NCBI GenBank assembly: GCA_031555315.1
Contig: JAVBUO010000001.1
Location: 6,275 to 70,274, forward strand
Direction: 5' to 3'
From: Acetobacteraceae bacterium
Lineage (GTDB): Bacteria > Pseudomonadota > Alphaproteobacteria > Acetobacterales > Acetobacteraceae
Length of the DNA stretch: 64,000 bases
Of the stretch, positions 20,287 to 28,670 are shown in pieces (position 1 is the stretch's first letter; each line of letters opens with the position of its first letter). The notes under the pieces are model-generated. The model saw nothing but the letters and a program-made list of their open reading frames with translations, did not search any database and was not told the DNA's origin. A program made the position numbers and the translations under genes.

Positions 20287-20458
20287 CTATGTAATTTTCG
20301 GTGCCCTGGCGGTTATTTCCGCACTGGTGGGCGTTCTGACCGCCGCCATGGCGGCCGATAGCAAGCTTATGGCCTTCGGGATCGGCCTGCTTATTTTTGG
20401 TGTGGCCTTCACGCTGTTCCTGATCAGGAAGCGCAGCGAGGAAGCGGCCGGGCACTAA
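20279..20458 (+). CDS. Unannotated small two-TM membrane protein (59 aa) overlapping the ccoS stop
   Basis: Hand translated as MVSYVIFGALAVISALVGVLTAAMAADSKLMAFGIGLLIFGVAFTLFLIRKRSEEAAGH. ATG 20279 overlaps the last 8 nt of ccoS. It ends 25 nt before the operon terminator. One codon below the track cutoff. Confidence 0.4.
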   Translation: MVSYVIFGALAVISALVGVLTAAMAADSKLMAFGIGLLIFGVAFTLFLIRKRSEEAAGH

Positions 20459-20694
20459 GCCGCCCGATCGAGCCAGATCAAGGAACGTCCGGGCAATGTC
20501 CCGGACGTTCTTTTTTCAGGATTTGCGCGACAGTCAGGCCGCCTGCCCTGAAGCCGAACAGAGATACAGGGCCAGTCCTCGGGACCGCCATATGGTTCGC
20601 CGACCGAAACCCGGTCCCCTTTTCTTAAGACCAAAGGTTCTGAAAACTCGCTGACATGCTGCCGAGTGACGATATAACCCTGGCCGGACTTCAT
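20455..20694 (-). CDS. Small hypothetical protein downstream of pxpC, possibly SH3-like and possibly frameshifted
   Basis: ATG 20694 (AAGGA upstream) inside ORF 20455..20877, giving MKSGQGYIVTRQHVSEFSEPLVLRKGDRVSVGEPYGGPEDWP... The tail of this frame reads through the convergent terminator hairpin and looks non-native. Confidence 0.3.
   Translation of the reverse strand: MKSGQGYIVTRQHVSEFSEPLVLRKGDRVSVGEPYGGPEDWPCISVRLQGRRPDCRANPEKRTSGTLPGRSLIWLDRAA
20483..20516 (+). terminator. Intrinsic terminator of the cco operon
   Basis: Perfect 11-bp stem GAACGTCCGGG-CAATGT-CCCGGACGTTC followed by TTTTTT. Confidence 0.85.
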
Positions 20695-20737
20695 GGATAT
20701 CCTTCGCCAGCCTGGTAATGGACAACCACCTGAAAGC

Positions 20738-21691
20738 TTACTTCCAGCCATTGCGCGACAAGGCCGCCAGGTACCCTTCCAGAGCCGCCCGGCGCGACCG
20801 CGCCGCCAGTACCGCCTGTTCGGCGCTGACTGCGCGGAAGCTGACATGCTCGCGGCTGCGTAACTGCGCGAATCCATCCTGATCGACGGACAACAGCGTG
20901 GCGATCTTCGGGTAGCCGCCGGTCGGCTGATGATCGGCCAGCAGGACGATCGGATCGCCGTGCCCGGGCACCTGCACCGACCCGCGCGACAGGGCTTCCG
21001 ATGGGATATCGAGCGCCTGCACGGACAGCCGCGGCCCTTTCAGGCGCACGCCCATGCGGTCGTAATCGCTGCTCAGCATGTAAGAACGCGACAGAAACAG
21101 CGACAGCGTCTCCGCGTCGAAATACCGCTCCTGCGGCCCGAGCACCACGCGCACATGCCGGTTCGGATAGCCGAACGCCGGCAGCGGCAGATCGGCTTCG
21201 CGCGCCGGGCGCAGTTCGGCATCCTCGACGACGATCTGCCGGCCCTCGAACAGACTGCCGCCGCCGAAGTCCGACATGTAATGCGTGGCGGCGCTGCCCA
21301 GCCACGACCGCGCCGCCAGCCGTCCGGCAAACGCCAGATAGGTCCAACTGCCCCAGAAGCCGGGCTTGACGCTGACGGTCTGTCCCGCGCGCACGCTGAA
21401 GACGCTCCAGGCGCCGACTTGCGCGCCGTCGACGTCGACGCGAAACCCACCGCCGGTCGACGCCAGCGTGACGGCGCCCTGCTCGCAGCGCAGCGACATG
21501 CCGCCGATCGTCGTCTCGATCGCCGCCATACCGGGGGGATTACCAAGCGCCGCCTGTCCGATGGCAAAGGCAGTGCGATCCATCGGTCCCGATTCCGTCA
21601 CCCCATAGCGCAGCATGCCGAAGCGGCCGGCATCCTGCACCGTGGTCAACGGGCCGGCGTGGACGATCGTGAAAACCGCCTGTCCGCTCAT
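20738..21691 (-). CDS. pxpC: 5-oxoprolinase subunit C (KipA/allophanate hydrolase subunit 2 family)
   Basis: Internal ATG 21691 of ORF 20738..21805. Starts MSGQAVFTIVHAGPLTTVQDAGRFGMLRYGV... and contains HQPTGGYPKIA. ATGA overlap with pxpB. Confidence 0.9.
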   Translation of the reverse strand: MSGQAVFTIVHAGPLTTVQDAGRFGMLRYGVTESGPMDRTAFAIGQAALGNPPGMAAIETTIGGMSLRCEQGAVTLASTGGGFRVDVDGAQVGAWSVFSVRAGQTVSVKPGFWGSWTYLAFAGRLAARSWLGSAATHYMSDFGGGSLFEGRQIVVEDAELRPAREADLPLPAFGYPNRHVRVVLGPQERYFDAETLSLFLSRSYMLSSDYDRMGVRLKGPRLSVQALDIPSEALSRGSVQVPGHGDPIVLLADHQPTGGYPKIATLLSVDQDGFAQLRSREHVSFRAVSAEQAVLAARSRRAALEGYLAALSRNGWK

Positions 21692-22353
21692 GACATAAGG
21701 TCCGCGGAAATACGGCGGAACCGCACACGGTCTCCGACCTCGAACAGGAACGGATGCCCGGCCTCGGGGCGCAGGATCTGGGTCGGCGAACGGCCGATCA
21801 CCCACCAGCCGGTGGGCGCGATCATCGTCGTCACCAGCGCCATCGCGCCGGCGATCATCACGCTGCCGGCCGGCAGGCCGCGCACCGGTTCGGTCTTGCG
21901 CGGAATCCGGATCGTCTGCGGCACACCGCCCAGATACGCGTATCCGGGCGCAAACCCGTACATGTAGACACGGTACTCTCCGGCCAGATGCGCCGCGATC
22001 AGCGCCTCCTCGCTCATCCCGACACGTTTCGCCGCCTCGTGCAGGTCCGGTGCGAAGGGGGGCTCGTAACAGACCAGCACTTCGCGCTGTGTGCCCGCGA
22101 CCGGCACATTCTGCATCACAGCCAGAAGGCGTTCGATATGGGCCAACACCTCGCGCAGCTCGATGCGCAACGGATCGTAGCCGATCAGGATCGAGGTGAA
22201 GGCCGGCACGCTTTCGGTAAATCCCGTGAAAGGTTCGGCGAGCAGCGCCGCATCCAGCGCCAGCACGCGCGCATGTACAGCCTCGTCGATGCGATCACCG
22301 AACTCGACCAGCACCCCCGTATCGGCGACGGGCCGCAGACACGGGGTGTTCAT
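21688..22353 (-). CDS. pxpB: 5-oxoprolinase subunit B (KipI family)
   Basis: ORF 21688..22353. Motifs VPAFTSILIGYDP and MYGFAPGYAYLGG. ATGA overlap with pxpA. Confidence 0.9.
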   Translation of the reverse strand: MNTPCLRPVADTGVLVEFGDRIDEAVHARVLALDAALLAEPFTGFTESVPAFTSILIGYDPLRIELREVLAHIERLLAVMQNVPVAGTQREVLVCYEPPFAPDLHEAAKRVGMSEEALIAAHLAGEYRVYMYGFAPGYAYLGGVPQTIRIPRKTEPVRGLPAGSVMIAGAMALVTTMIAPTGWWVIGRSPTQILRPEAGHPFLFEVGDRVRFRRISADLMS

Positions 22354-23114
22354 GCGGGCACGAATGCTTTGATGGCAACGCCTGCCGCTTCCAGCGCGCG
22401 GCGGATCTGCCCTGCGACATCGACCGCGTGCGCATTGTCGCCATGAACGCAGATCGAATGCGCGGGCAGAGCAACCTCGCCGCCATCTACCGTCGGCATT
22501 CGACCGGTTTCCAGGAATTTCAACAGGCGCTGCGCGGCAAAATCCGCATCCTCGATCAGTGCGTCCGGGCGGCTGCGCGACACCAGGTGACCGCTGGGCA
22601 TATAGGCACGATCGGCAAATACCTCGCTGAATACCGCCAGCCCGGCGCCGCGCCCGGCGTCTTCAAGCTGTGTGCCCGCAATGGCGAGCAGCGGCATATC
22701 CCGGTCGATCGCCCGCACGGCGCGCGCTATGGCATCGGCGACGTCGCGCTCCTCGGACGCCAGATTGGCCAGCGCGCCATGCGCCTTCACGTAACGCACT
22801 TTCACGCCCGCCAGCGCGCCGACCCCGATCAGCGCACCGATCTGTGCCGCGACGAAGCGTTCGATCTCGGCGAGCGTGCACGGCAGACGGCGGCGGCCGA
22901 ACCCTTCCTTGTCGGGATAGCCGGGATGTGCGCCCACCGTTACCCCATTCTCTTTCGCGAGCGAGAGGGTCAGAAACATCGTCTCGGGATCGCTGGCATG
23001 GCCGCCGCATGCCACGTTGGCGCTGCTGAGCAGCTTCAGCAGCGCCGCATCGTTTCCCTTGGTCCAGGGGCCATAGCCCTCGCCAAGATCCGCGTTCAGA
23101 TCGATCGACTGCAT
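22350..23114 (-). CDS. pxpA: 5-oxoprolinase subunit A (LamB/YcsF family)
   Basis: ORF 22350..23138, with the start moved to the canonical N-terminus MQSIDLNADLGEG (ATG 23114). Confidence 0.9.
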   Translation of the reverse strand: MQSIDLNADLGEGYGPWTKGNDAALLKLLSSANVACGGHASDPETMFLTLSLAKENGVTVGAHPGYPDKEGFGRRRLPCTLAEIERFVAAQIGALIGVGALAGVKVRYVKAHGALANLASEERDVADAIARAVRAIDRDMPLLAIAGTQLEDAGRGAGLAVFSEVFADRAYMPSGHLVSRSRPDALIEDADFAAQRLLKFLETGRMPTVDGGEVALPAHSICVHGDNAHAVDVAGQIRRALEAAGVAIKAFVPA

Positions 23115-23234
23115 ACGGCTCCCTTCATGTCCGGACAAGCAACGATACTAATCGCAAAGCGCGCGGCTTGCGAAGCCTTCCCCTGCACCCGGTTGGCGGC
23201 TAAATGAGCGGTGCGCTTTCCCCAGGAGAATAAA

Positions 23235-23624
23235 ATGAATGTGTGGCTGCTGGCAGCAGGTATTCTGTCGCTCGTCACCGCGCTGGTTCATATCTTCGCC
23301 GGCGGACCGGAAATCCACGACGTCGTTCAGGCAGCCCCCCTGCCCCTCGTGCCGCTGGCCGCGATGGCCGTGATCTGGCATGCGGTATCGGCCCTGCTGG
23401 TCATCAACAGCATCGTGTTGCTGTATGTGGCCCGCCATCGTCGCGCCTCTGCCGCCCTCGTGCCGGTTCTCGCGCAGTATCTGGCGTTCGCCGTACTGTT
23501 CGTGGTCTACGATCTGTGGCGCCTCGATTCCCTGCTAGCCATGCCGCAATGGACGGTTTTCCTGGTAATCCCGGTGCTGGCCGCGATCGGGCTGCGCCAG
23601 CGCGGAAAAACCGCCGGACGGTAG
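23235..23624 (+). CDS. Hypothetical four-helix membrane protein
   Basis: ATG 23235 (AGGAGA upstream) inside ORF 23211..23624. Hydrophobic throughout, with no recognisable family. Confidence 0.6.
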   Translation: MNVWLLAAGILSLVTALVHIFAGGPEIHDVVQAAPLPLVPLAAMAVIWHAVSALLVINSIVLLYVARHRRASAALVPVLAQYLAFAVLFVVYDLWRLDSLLAMPQWTVFLVIPVLAAIGLRQRGKTAGR

Positions 23625-23629
23625 AGCGG

Positions 23630-24028
23630 TTACCGCGCCAGCACGATCCGCCCGACAACCCGACCGTCCTGCGGGTCGACCAGCAGGACACGCGCCGCAC
23701 CGCCGCCGGTGACGTGCACGGCCAGCCGTTCGCCCGCCGTCGCAATGCCGGCGATCTGGCTGCCGGCCGGCTCGTCCAGAGCACGCACGAACGGCTCGCC
23801 CGCCGTAACCGGCGCCGAAGATTCCACCCGGGCCGGCGTCCGCCCGCCGCTCATGCGCCCGGCCATCATCACGCCGAGCGCGATCACGCCGACAACCAGC
23901 ATGATGCCCATCACGACGATGGCGATCAGCAGTATCTTGTAACCGCGCGTGCCGGGGGCCAGCGCGGAAAGCGGCGGTCTGGCGTCTGTATCCGTTGCGG
24001 TCTGTTCTGGTATAGTCGTCGCGCCCAT
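23630..24028 (-). CDS. Small single-pass membrane protein, hypothetical
   Basis: The last 132 codons of ORF 23630..24433 form the only coding-like part: MGATTIPEQ...YKILLIAIVVMGIMLVVGVIALGVMMAG...VLLVDPQDGRVVGRIVLAR. The remainder is antisense to rluD. Confidence 0.6.
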   Translation of the reverse strand: MGATTIPEQTATDTDARPPLSALAPGTRGYKILLIAIVVMGIMLVVGVIALGVMMAGRMSGGRTPARVESSAPVTAGEPFVRALDEPAGSQIAGIATAGERLAVHVTGGGAARVLLVDPQDGRVVGRIVLAR

Positions 24029-24995
24029 GTCCAAACTCCGTGAAGTCCGCGCCGCCCCGCTTGCCACGGGCGAACGCACAGACCGTTTCCTTGCCACCGC
24101 CTTAGGCGACCTTTCACGCTCGCGCGTCAAGTCGCTGATCGAGGCCGGCGCCATCCTGTGTAACGGACGGCCGGTGACCGATCCATCCGCTTCCGTCAAG
24201 GCCGACGCGCTGTATACACTGTTGATCCCCGATCCACGCCCGGCAGAGCCCGAACCGCAAGACATCCCCTTTCCGATTCTGTACGAGGACGCCGATCTGA
24301 TCGTGCTCGACAAGCCGGCCGGACTGGTGGTGCATCCGGCCCCGGGAAACGAGGACCGCACGCTGGTCAATGCGCTGCTCGCCCATTGCGGTCCGGATCT
24401 GCCCGGCATCGGCGGCGAAAAACGCCCCGGCATCGTTCATCGGTTGGACAAGGACACATCGGGCGTCATGGTGGTCGCCAAGACCGAGATCGCCCTCGCC
24501 ACACTGTCGGCCGCGTTTGCCGCCCGCGATCTGGACCGCAGCTATCTCGCGCTGTGCTGGGGTGTGCCAGCTTCGGCAGCGGGGGAAATCGAAAGCCAGA
24601 TCGGCCGCGACCCGCGCGACCGCAAGCGCATGGCGGTACTGCCGCGCGGCGGCAAATATGCGCTGACCGGATACCGCACTCTGCGGGTCTGGCAGATGGC
24701 TGCCGCATTGCTGGAATGCAGACTGGCGACAGGTCGCACGCATCAGATCCGCGTGCACATGGCGCATCTGGGGCATCCGCTGATCGGCGATCCGGTGTAT
24801 CTGCGCCGCGTACCCGCCGCCGCCCGCCGCCTGTCGGGCGAGGAAATACGCCGCCTTCTGCTGGATTTCCCACGTCAGGCGCTGCACGCCAACCGGCTGG
24901 CCTTCGCACATCCACGCACCGGCGCGGCGCTGTCGTTCGAGACCCCGGCTCCCCCTGATATGACATCTCTGATTACCGCTTTGGATACAATATAA
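24027..24995 (+). CDS. rluD: RluA-family 23S rRNA pseudouridine synthase (RluD-like)
   Basis: Internal ATG 24027 of ORF 23949..24995. S4-like N-terminus RTDRFLATALGDLSRSRVKSLI and catalytic motif HRLDKDTSG. Confidence 0.9.
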   Translation: MSKLREVRAAPLATGERTDRFLATALGDLSRSRVKSLIEAGAILCNGRPVTDPSASVKADALYTLLIPDPRPAEPEPQDIPFPILYEDADLIVLDKPAGLVVHPAPGNEDRTLVNALLAHCGPDLPGIGGEKRPGIVHRLDKDTSGVMVVAKTEIALATLSAAFAARDLDRSYLALCWGVPASAAGEIESQIGRDPRDRKRMAVLPRGGKYALTGYRTLRVWQMAAALLECRLATGRTHQIRVHMAHLGHPLIGDPVYLRRVPAAARRLSGEEIRRLLLDFPRQALHANRLAFAHPRTGAALSFETPAPPDMTSLITALDTI

Positions 24996-25018
24996 AGGAC
25001 TTATTTAGTCCTGTTTTC

Positions 25019-25047
25019 TTGACGAAAGCCGAAACACTCTGTATAAG
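25019..25047 (+). promoter_or_regulatory. Putative sigma-70-type promoter of rpoH
   Basis: TTGACG - 17 nt - TATAAG, about 170 nt upstream of the rpoH ATG. It overlaps a weak rluD terminator hairpin (AGGACT-TATTT-AGTCCT, 24996-25012). Confidence 0.45.
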
Positions 25048-25220
25048 AATCAGACTGCACGCAGAGGGTGATATGCGTACAGTGCGGAATGACCTTTCGG
25101 TTGCCTAGATCGGGACCGGGAAGTTTAGGGAAATCCGCCCGGCTCACCCGGCTTTACGCCAACCGGTAGATGCACTGCGCCGACTGGGCAGACCGCAGAC
25201 GCCGTATGAAAGGAAACTTG

Positions 25221-26129
25221 ATGGCCACCGCAGTCGCTACACTGACGCCAGAAGGGAGCCTCACGCGTTATCTTCAGCAGATCCGGAAATTCCCGGTTCT
25301 GAGCGCGGAAGAAGAGCTCCGTCTTGCCCAGTCCTGGCGGGATAAGGCAGACACCAGGGCCGCCCACAAACTGGTCACTTCGCACCTTCGGCTGGTGGTG
25401 AAGATCGCCATGGGCTATCGCGGCTACGGCCTGCCCGTGGGCGAGCTGATCAGCGAAGGCAATGTCGGCATGATGCAGGCCGTGAAACGGTTCGATCCGG
25501 ATCGCGGTTTCCGGCTGGCCACCTATGCCATGTGGTGGATCCGCGCCTCGATCCAGGAATACATCCTGCATTCGTGGTCGCTGGTCAAAATGGGCACCAC
25601 GGCGGCCCAGAAGAAGCTGTTCTTCAACCTGCGTCGCCTGAAGGGACAGATGCAGGCGATCGAGGACGGCGATCTGCGCCCCGAACACGTCAGCAAGATC
25701 GCCCACACGCTGGGTGTGCCGGAACAGGACGTGGTGTCGATGAACCGGCGTCTGTCGGCGCCGGACAACAGCCTGAACGCACCGCTGCGCGCCGATGGCG
25801 ACAGCCTCGACGAATGGCAGGACTTTCTGGTCGATCACACCGACAGCCAGGAAACCCAACTGGCGGAACATCAGGAACAGACCGGACGTCAGACGCTGCT
25901 GAATCAGGCGCTGGACACGCTCAATGCGCGTGAACGCCATATCCTGATCGAGCGCCGGCTGAAGGAAGAGCCGACCACCCTGGAAGAGCTTTCGACGCAG
26001 TACGGCATCTCGCGCGAACGGGTGCGTCAGATTGAAGTGCGCGCGTTCGAGAAGATCCAGAAGTCGATCAAGGCACAGGTCAGCGCGCAGCGTCAGAAGG
26101 AAATCGCTGCCAGCGCGGTGCGCACATAA
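25221..26129 (+). CDS. rpoH: RNA polymerase sigma-32 (heat-shock sigma factor)
   Basis: ATG 25221 (AAGGAA upstream) inside ORF 25170..26129. RpoH box AQKKLFFNLRRLK and region 2 LISEGNVGMMQAVKRFDP. Confidence 0.95.
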   Translation: MATAVATLTPEGSLTRYLQQIRKFPVLSAEEELRLAQSWRDKADTRAAHKLVTSHLRLVVKIAMGYRGYGLPVGELISEGNVGMMQAVKRFDPDRGFRLATYAMWWIRASIQEYILHSWSLVKMGTTAAQKKLFFNLRRLKGQMQAIEDGDLRPEHVSKIAHTLGVPEQDVVSMNRRLSAPDNSLNAPLRADGDSLDEWQDFLVDHTDSQETQLAEHQEQTGRQTLLNQALDTLNARERHILIERRLKEEPTTLEELSTQYGISRERVRQIEVRAFEKIQKSIKAQVSAQRQKEIAASAVRT

Positions 26130-26141
26130 GCATCCTCATAG

Positions 26142-26190
26142 AACGGACTTCTATCCAGGCTGGGTTGGATGGAAGTCCGTTTTATTTAAA
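26142..26190 (+). terminator. Intrinsic terminator of rpoH
   Basis: 10-bp stem AACGGACTTC...GAAGTCCGTT followed by the T-rich tract TTTATTTAAATATTTTATTTT. Confidence 0.8.
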
Positions 26191-26208
26191 TATTTTATTT
26201 TCAATAGA

Positions 26209-26634
26209 TTAAATGTGTTCTTTGAGGGATCCCCATTCCATCAGGATCTTGTCGCGCTGTTCTTCCAGAAGTTTGCGGCGCTGACGAACGTTGATTTCCA
26301 GAATGACCCGCGCCAGCCCGGTCACCGCCTCGACCAGCAGCCAGCCGAAACCGGCGGCCCCCCAGCTCAGGGCGATCGTGCCGGGATCTCCCAGCACGAT
26401 CAGCGCACTGACCGACCCTCCCCCCATGCGGACGACGTTGTAAAGCGGCCCCAACGACGCTGCCATGCAGGGAAACAGAACCGAACGCCCGAGCAGACGG
26501 TTTTCCGTGTTGTCCAGCATCATGGCCATGACGCCCGGCAACATCAGCACGATCGCCACCACCACCAGCCCGACGGAATAAGCCGCGCCGATGCCCAAGG
26601 CGGCTCCGACCAGAATTCCTTTCATATTGCGCAT
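26209..26634 (-). CDS. Small multi-pass membrane protein with C-terminal charged helix, hypothetical
   Basis: ORF 26209..26634. Its ATG overlaps the stop of the upstream pseudokinase gene by 1 nt (TGATG). Confidence 0.65.
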   Translation of the reverse strand: MRNMKGILVGAALGIGAAYSVGLVVVAIVLMLPGVMAMMLDNTENRLLGRSVLFPCMAASLGPLYNVVRMGGGSVSALIVLGDPGTIALSWGAAGFGWLLVEAVTGLARVILEINVRQRRKLLEEQRDKILMEWGSLKEHI

Positions 26635-28571
26635 CAGAGCACCACGGTCAGAATGATCGCCAGCCCCAGCATCACGATGCCGCAGGACGAGGCCACATCC
26701 AGACCAAGCATCCGTGCGGCATGGGCGCGTTTGGCAGACCCGGCTTCCATACCGGCCAGTTCCCGTTCAATCGCGGCATGCAGCGCATCGGCCGCCAGCG
26801 CACCGCGCCGGTCGGCCTGCTGCTCTTCCGTGGCTTCCAGCACTGCCGCGATCGGGTTGATCCGCCCGCCCGCCAGCATCGTTTTGATCTGCACAGTCAT
26901 CCGTTCGCGCCGCGATTTGCTGCGCAACGTTCCCAGTGCCGCGAACGCGCTGCGTTCCAGCCATGCGGTCAGGCCGGGCAACAGCCCGACATTGCAGCGC
27001 GCTTCAACGCGCGCCAGCAGCCGGATTCGTGCCCGCCCCGCATTGGCCGGATCATTCCCCGCCGCCACGATCTCGCTGACCTCGGCCGCTATGCTGCCGG
27101 GCAGTTGCATCGCCAGAAACGGCAGCATTTCAGGGGTCAGCGGTTCCAGTCTCAGCAGGTCGGAACGCTTCGACGCCGCTTCCAGCGCCAATAACAGTTC
27201 GTCGAGCGATGTGACGCATGCCCCCCCCAGCGGAGCTCCTTCGGCCGGCAGAAGCGGGTTCAGCGCATAGGCCAGACGGTCGAGCCCGCCTGTCGATTGC
27301 AGCATCGAACGCAGTGTGCGCGCATGCTGCTGCAAGGCGGCGAAATCACAGAATTCGGCGCGCTGCAGGGCCCAGCCGGCAATTGCCTCCTGCGTGATCA
27401 GCCCGGCAAGCAGCGTAGGATCGGCTCCGGTTCCGGCGCGCGCCCGTGCAATGGCCGGGCCGACGCCATCCGGCCAGACCCCGATACCGTGCCACATCAA
27501 CGGTGCCAACGGATCCAGCGCCGCGACGCAGCGGGCCACCAGCGAACCGTCGTCACCAGCGGCGCGCAGAATCTCGTCGATGATGCCGGCTGTCTGACTG
27601 TCGCCCAGATTTCTGCGCAGCCAGAGCGACACTTCTCCCTTGCGCAGCAGATTCGCTGCCGGCCCTGGATGGACAGCCAGTGCATGCGCCAATGTGCGCG
27701 TGTCGCGGCTGTACAGCCCGCAGATTTCCATCGGCTGCGCGGCACGGCGCGCCGGCGTGGTCACCAGACGTTGTACCCGCCCTTCCACTGCCTTGATCAG
27801 TTGGCTGGCCTTGGGGCGCTGCGCGGGATTGTCGGCCAGCATCGACCGCAACAGCTCGGCCAGATTGGCACTGATCCGGGTATCCCCCAGCAGCGCTGAA
27901 AAACTGCCATGTTCCAGCTTGCGCCGGATTGCAGTATCCTCGTCCAGCCCGGCCATCGGCAGATGGCCGATCGCCAGCGCCAGCATCGTCGCCCCCAGCG
28001 CATAAACATCGTCAGCGGGCGAACCCATGCCACGGGCCTCGGGGCGGCACATCGCCGAATACGGGGGTTCGAAGACTGCCGGCTGAAAGGTTCCGGCCGG
28101 CGCGGACCAGGCTTCGCCCAGCACCACCGGCCCGCCATGTTCGGCACGAAACAGATTGTCGGGATGGATACAGCGGTGTGTTTTGCCCTGTTCGGCCAGC
28201 ATGGCCAGCACGCGCGCACAGGGCGCCAGCACAAAAATCAGCAGCTCATTTTCAGACCAGCGGCGCGTAACGCCGATCGCCGGTCCTGGCGGCGCCGGGC
28301 AGATCACGAAACGCCCGGCCTTGCCGTCCGGCAGCGGCGCGACCCCATGCGCCAGCGGATACAGCAGCGACGGCATTGTCGCGATGCTTCCATCCAGTAC
28401 GCCGGCCCGGGCCGGTAGTTCCGGCTGCACCGCCACCGCCATCAGCAGCGAGGATGGGTCCATGATGTCGTGCGCAGCATAGGCGGTCAGCCCGACCGCC
28501 GCGCCTGGCAGTTGCTGTCCGAGGACCGGCCGGTAACGGCCGCCGATCAGATTTTCCGCTGTCTGTTCCAT
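26634..28571 (-). CDS. Tail-anchored protein with degenerate Hanks-type kinase domain (predicted pseudokinase)
   Basis: ORF 26634..28571. Kinase landmarks are GGRYR, HRCIHPDNL, DVYALGATMLALAIG and LADNPAQRP. The Lys, HRD-Asp and DFG positions appear substituted. A long helical middle region is followed by a C-terminal TM segment, CGIVMLGLAIILTVVL. Confidence 0.7.
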   Translation of the reverse strand: MEQTAENLIGGRYRPVLGQQLPGAAVGLTAYAAHDIMDPSSLLMAVAVQPELPARAGVLDGSIATMPSLLYPLAHGVAPLPDGKAGRFVICPAPPGPAIGVTRRWSENELLIFVLAPCARVLAMLAEQGKTHRCIHPDNLFRAEHGGPVVLGEAWSAPAGTFQPAVFEPPYSAMCRPEARGMGSPADDVYALGATMLALAIGHLPMAGLDEDTAIRRKLEHGSFSALLGDTRISANLAELLRSMLADNPAQRPKASQLIKAVEGRVQRLVTTPARRAAQPMEICGLYSRDTRTLAHALAVHPGPAANLLRKGEVSLWLRRNLGDSQTAGIIDEILRAAGDDGSLVARCVAALDPLAPLMWHGIGVWPDGVGPAIARARAGTGADPTLLAGLITQEAIAGWALQRAEFCDFAALQQHARTLRSMLQSTGGLDRLAYALNPLLPAEGAPLGGACVTSLDELLLALEAASKRSDLLRLEPLTPEMLPFLAMQLPGSIAAEVSEIVAAGNDPANAGRARIRLLARVEARCNVGLLPGLTAWLERSAFAALGTLRSKSRRERMTVQIKTMLAGGRINPIAAVLEATEEQQADRRGALAADALHAAIERELAGMEAGSAKRAHAARMLGLDVASSCGIVMLGLAIILTVVL

Positions 28572-28670
28572 CCTGGCACTCCGACACGCCAGGTATCTAA
28601 CCCCGAAAAGGTTTAGAAATTTGTAACAGTCCGCAGTTTCACCCGATTACGGCCGCTTACCCTTAGCGGG

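Noticed and set aside
20534-20725. 63-aa minus-strand ORF in the track as an independent gene.
   Set aside because: The translation is Arg-rich and non-coding-like, except for its last ~12 residues. Those appear to be a displaced fragment of the neighbouring small ORF's original frame (see the finding at 20455-20694).
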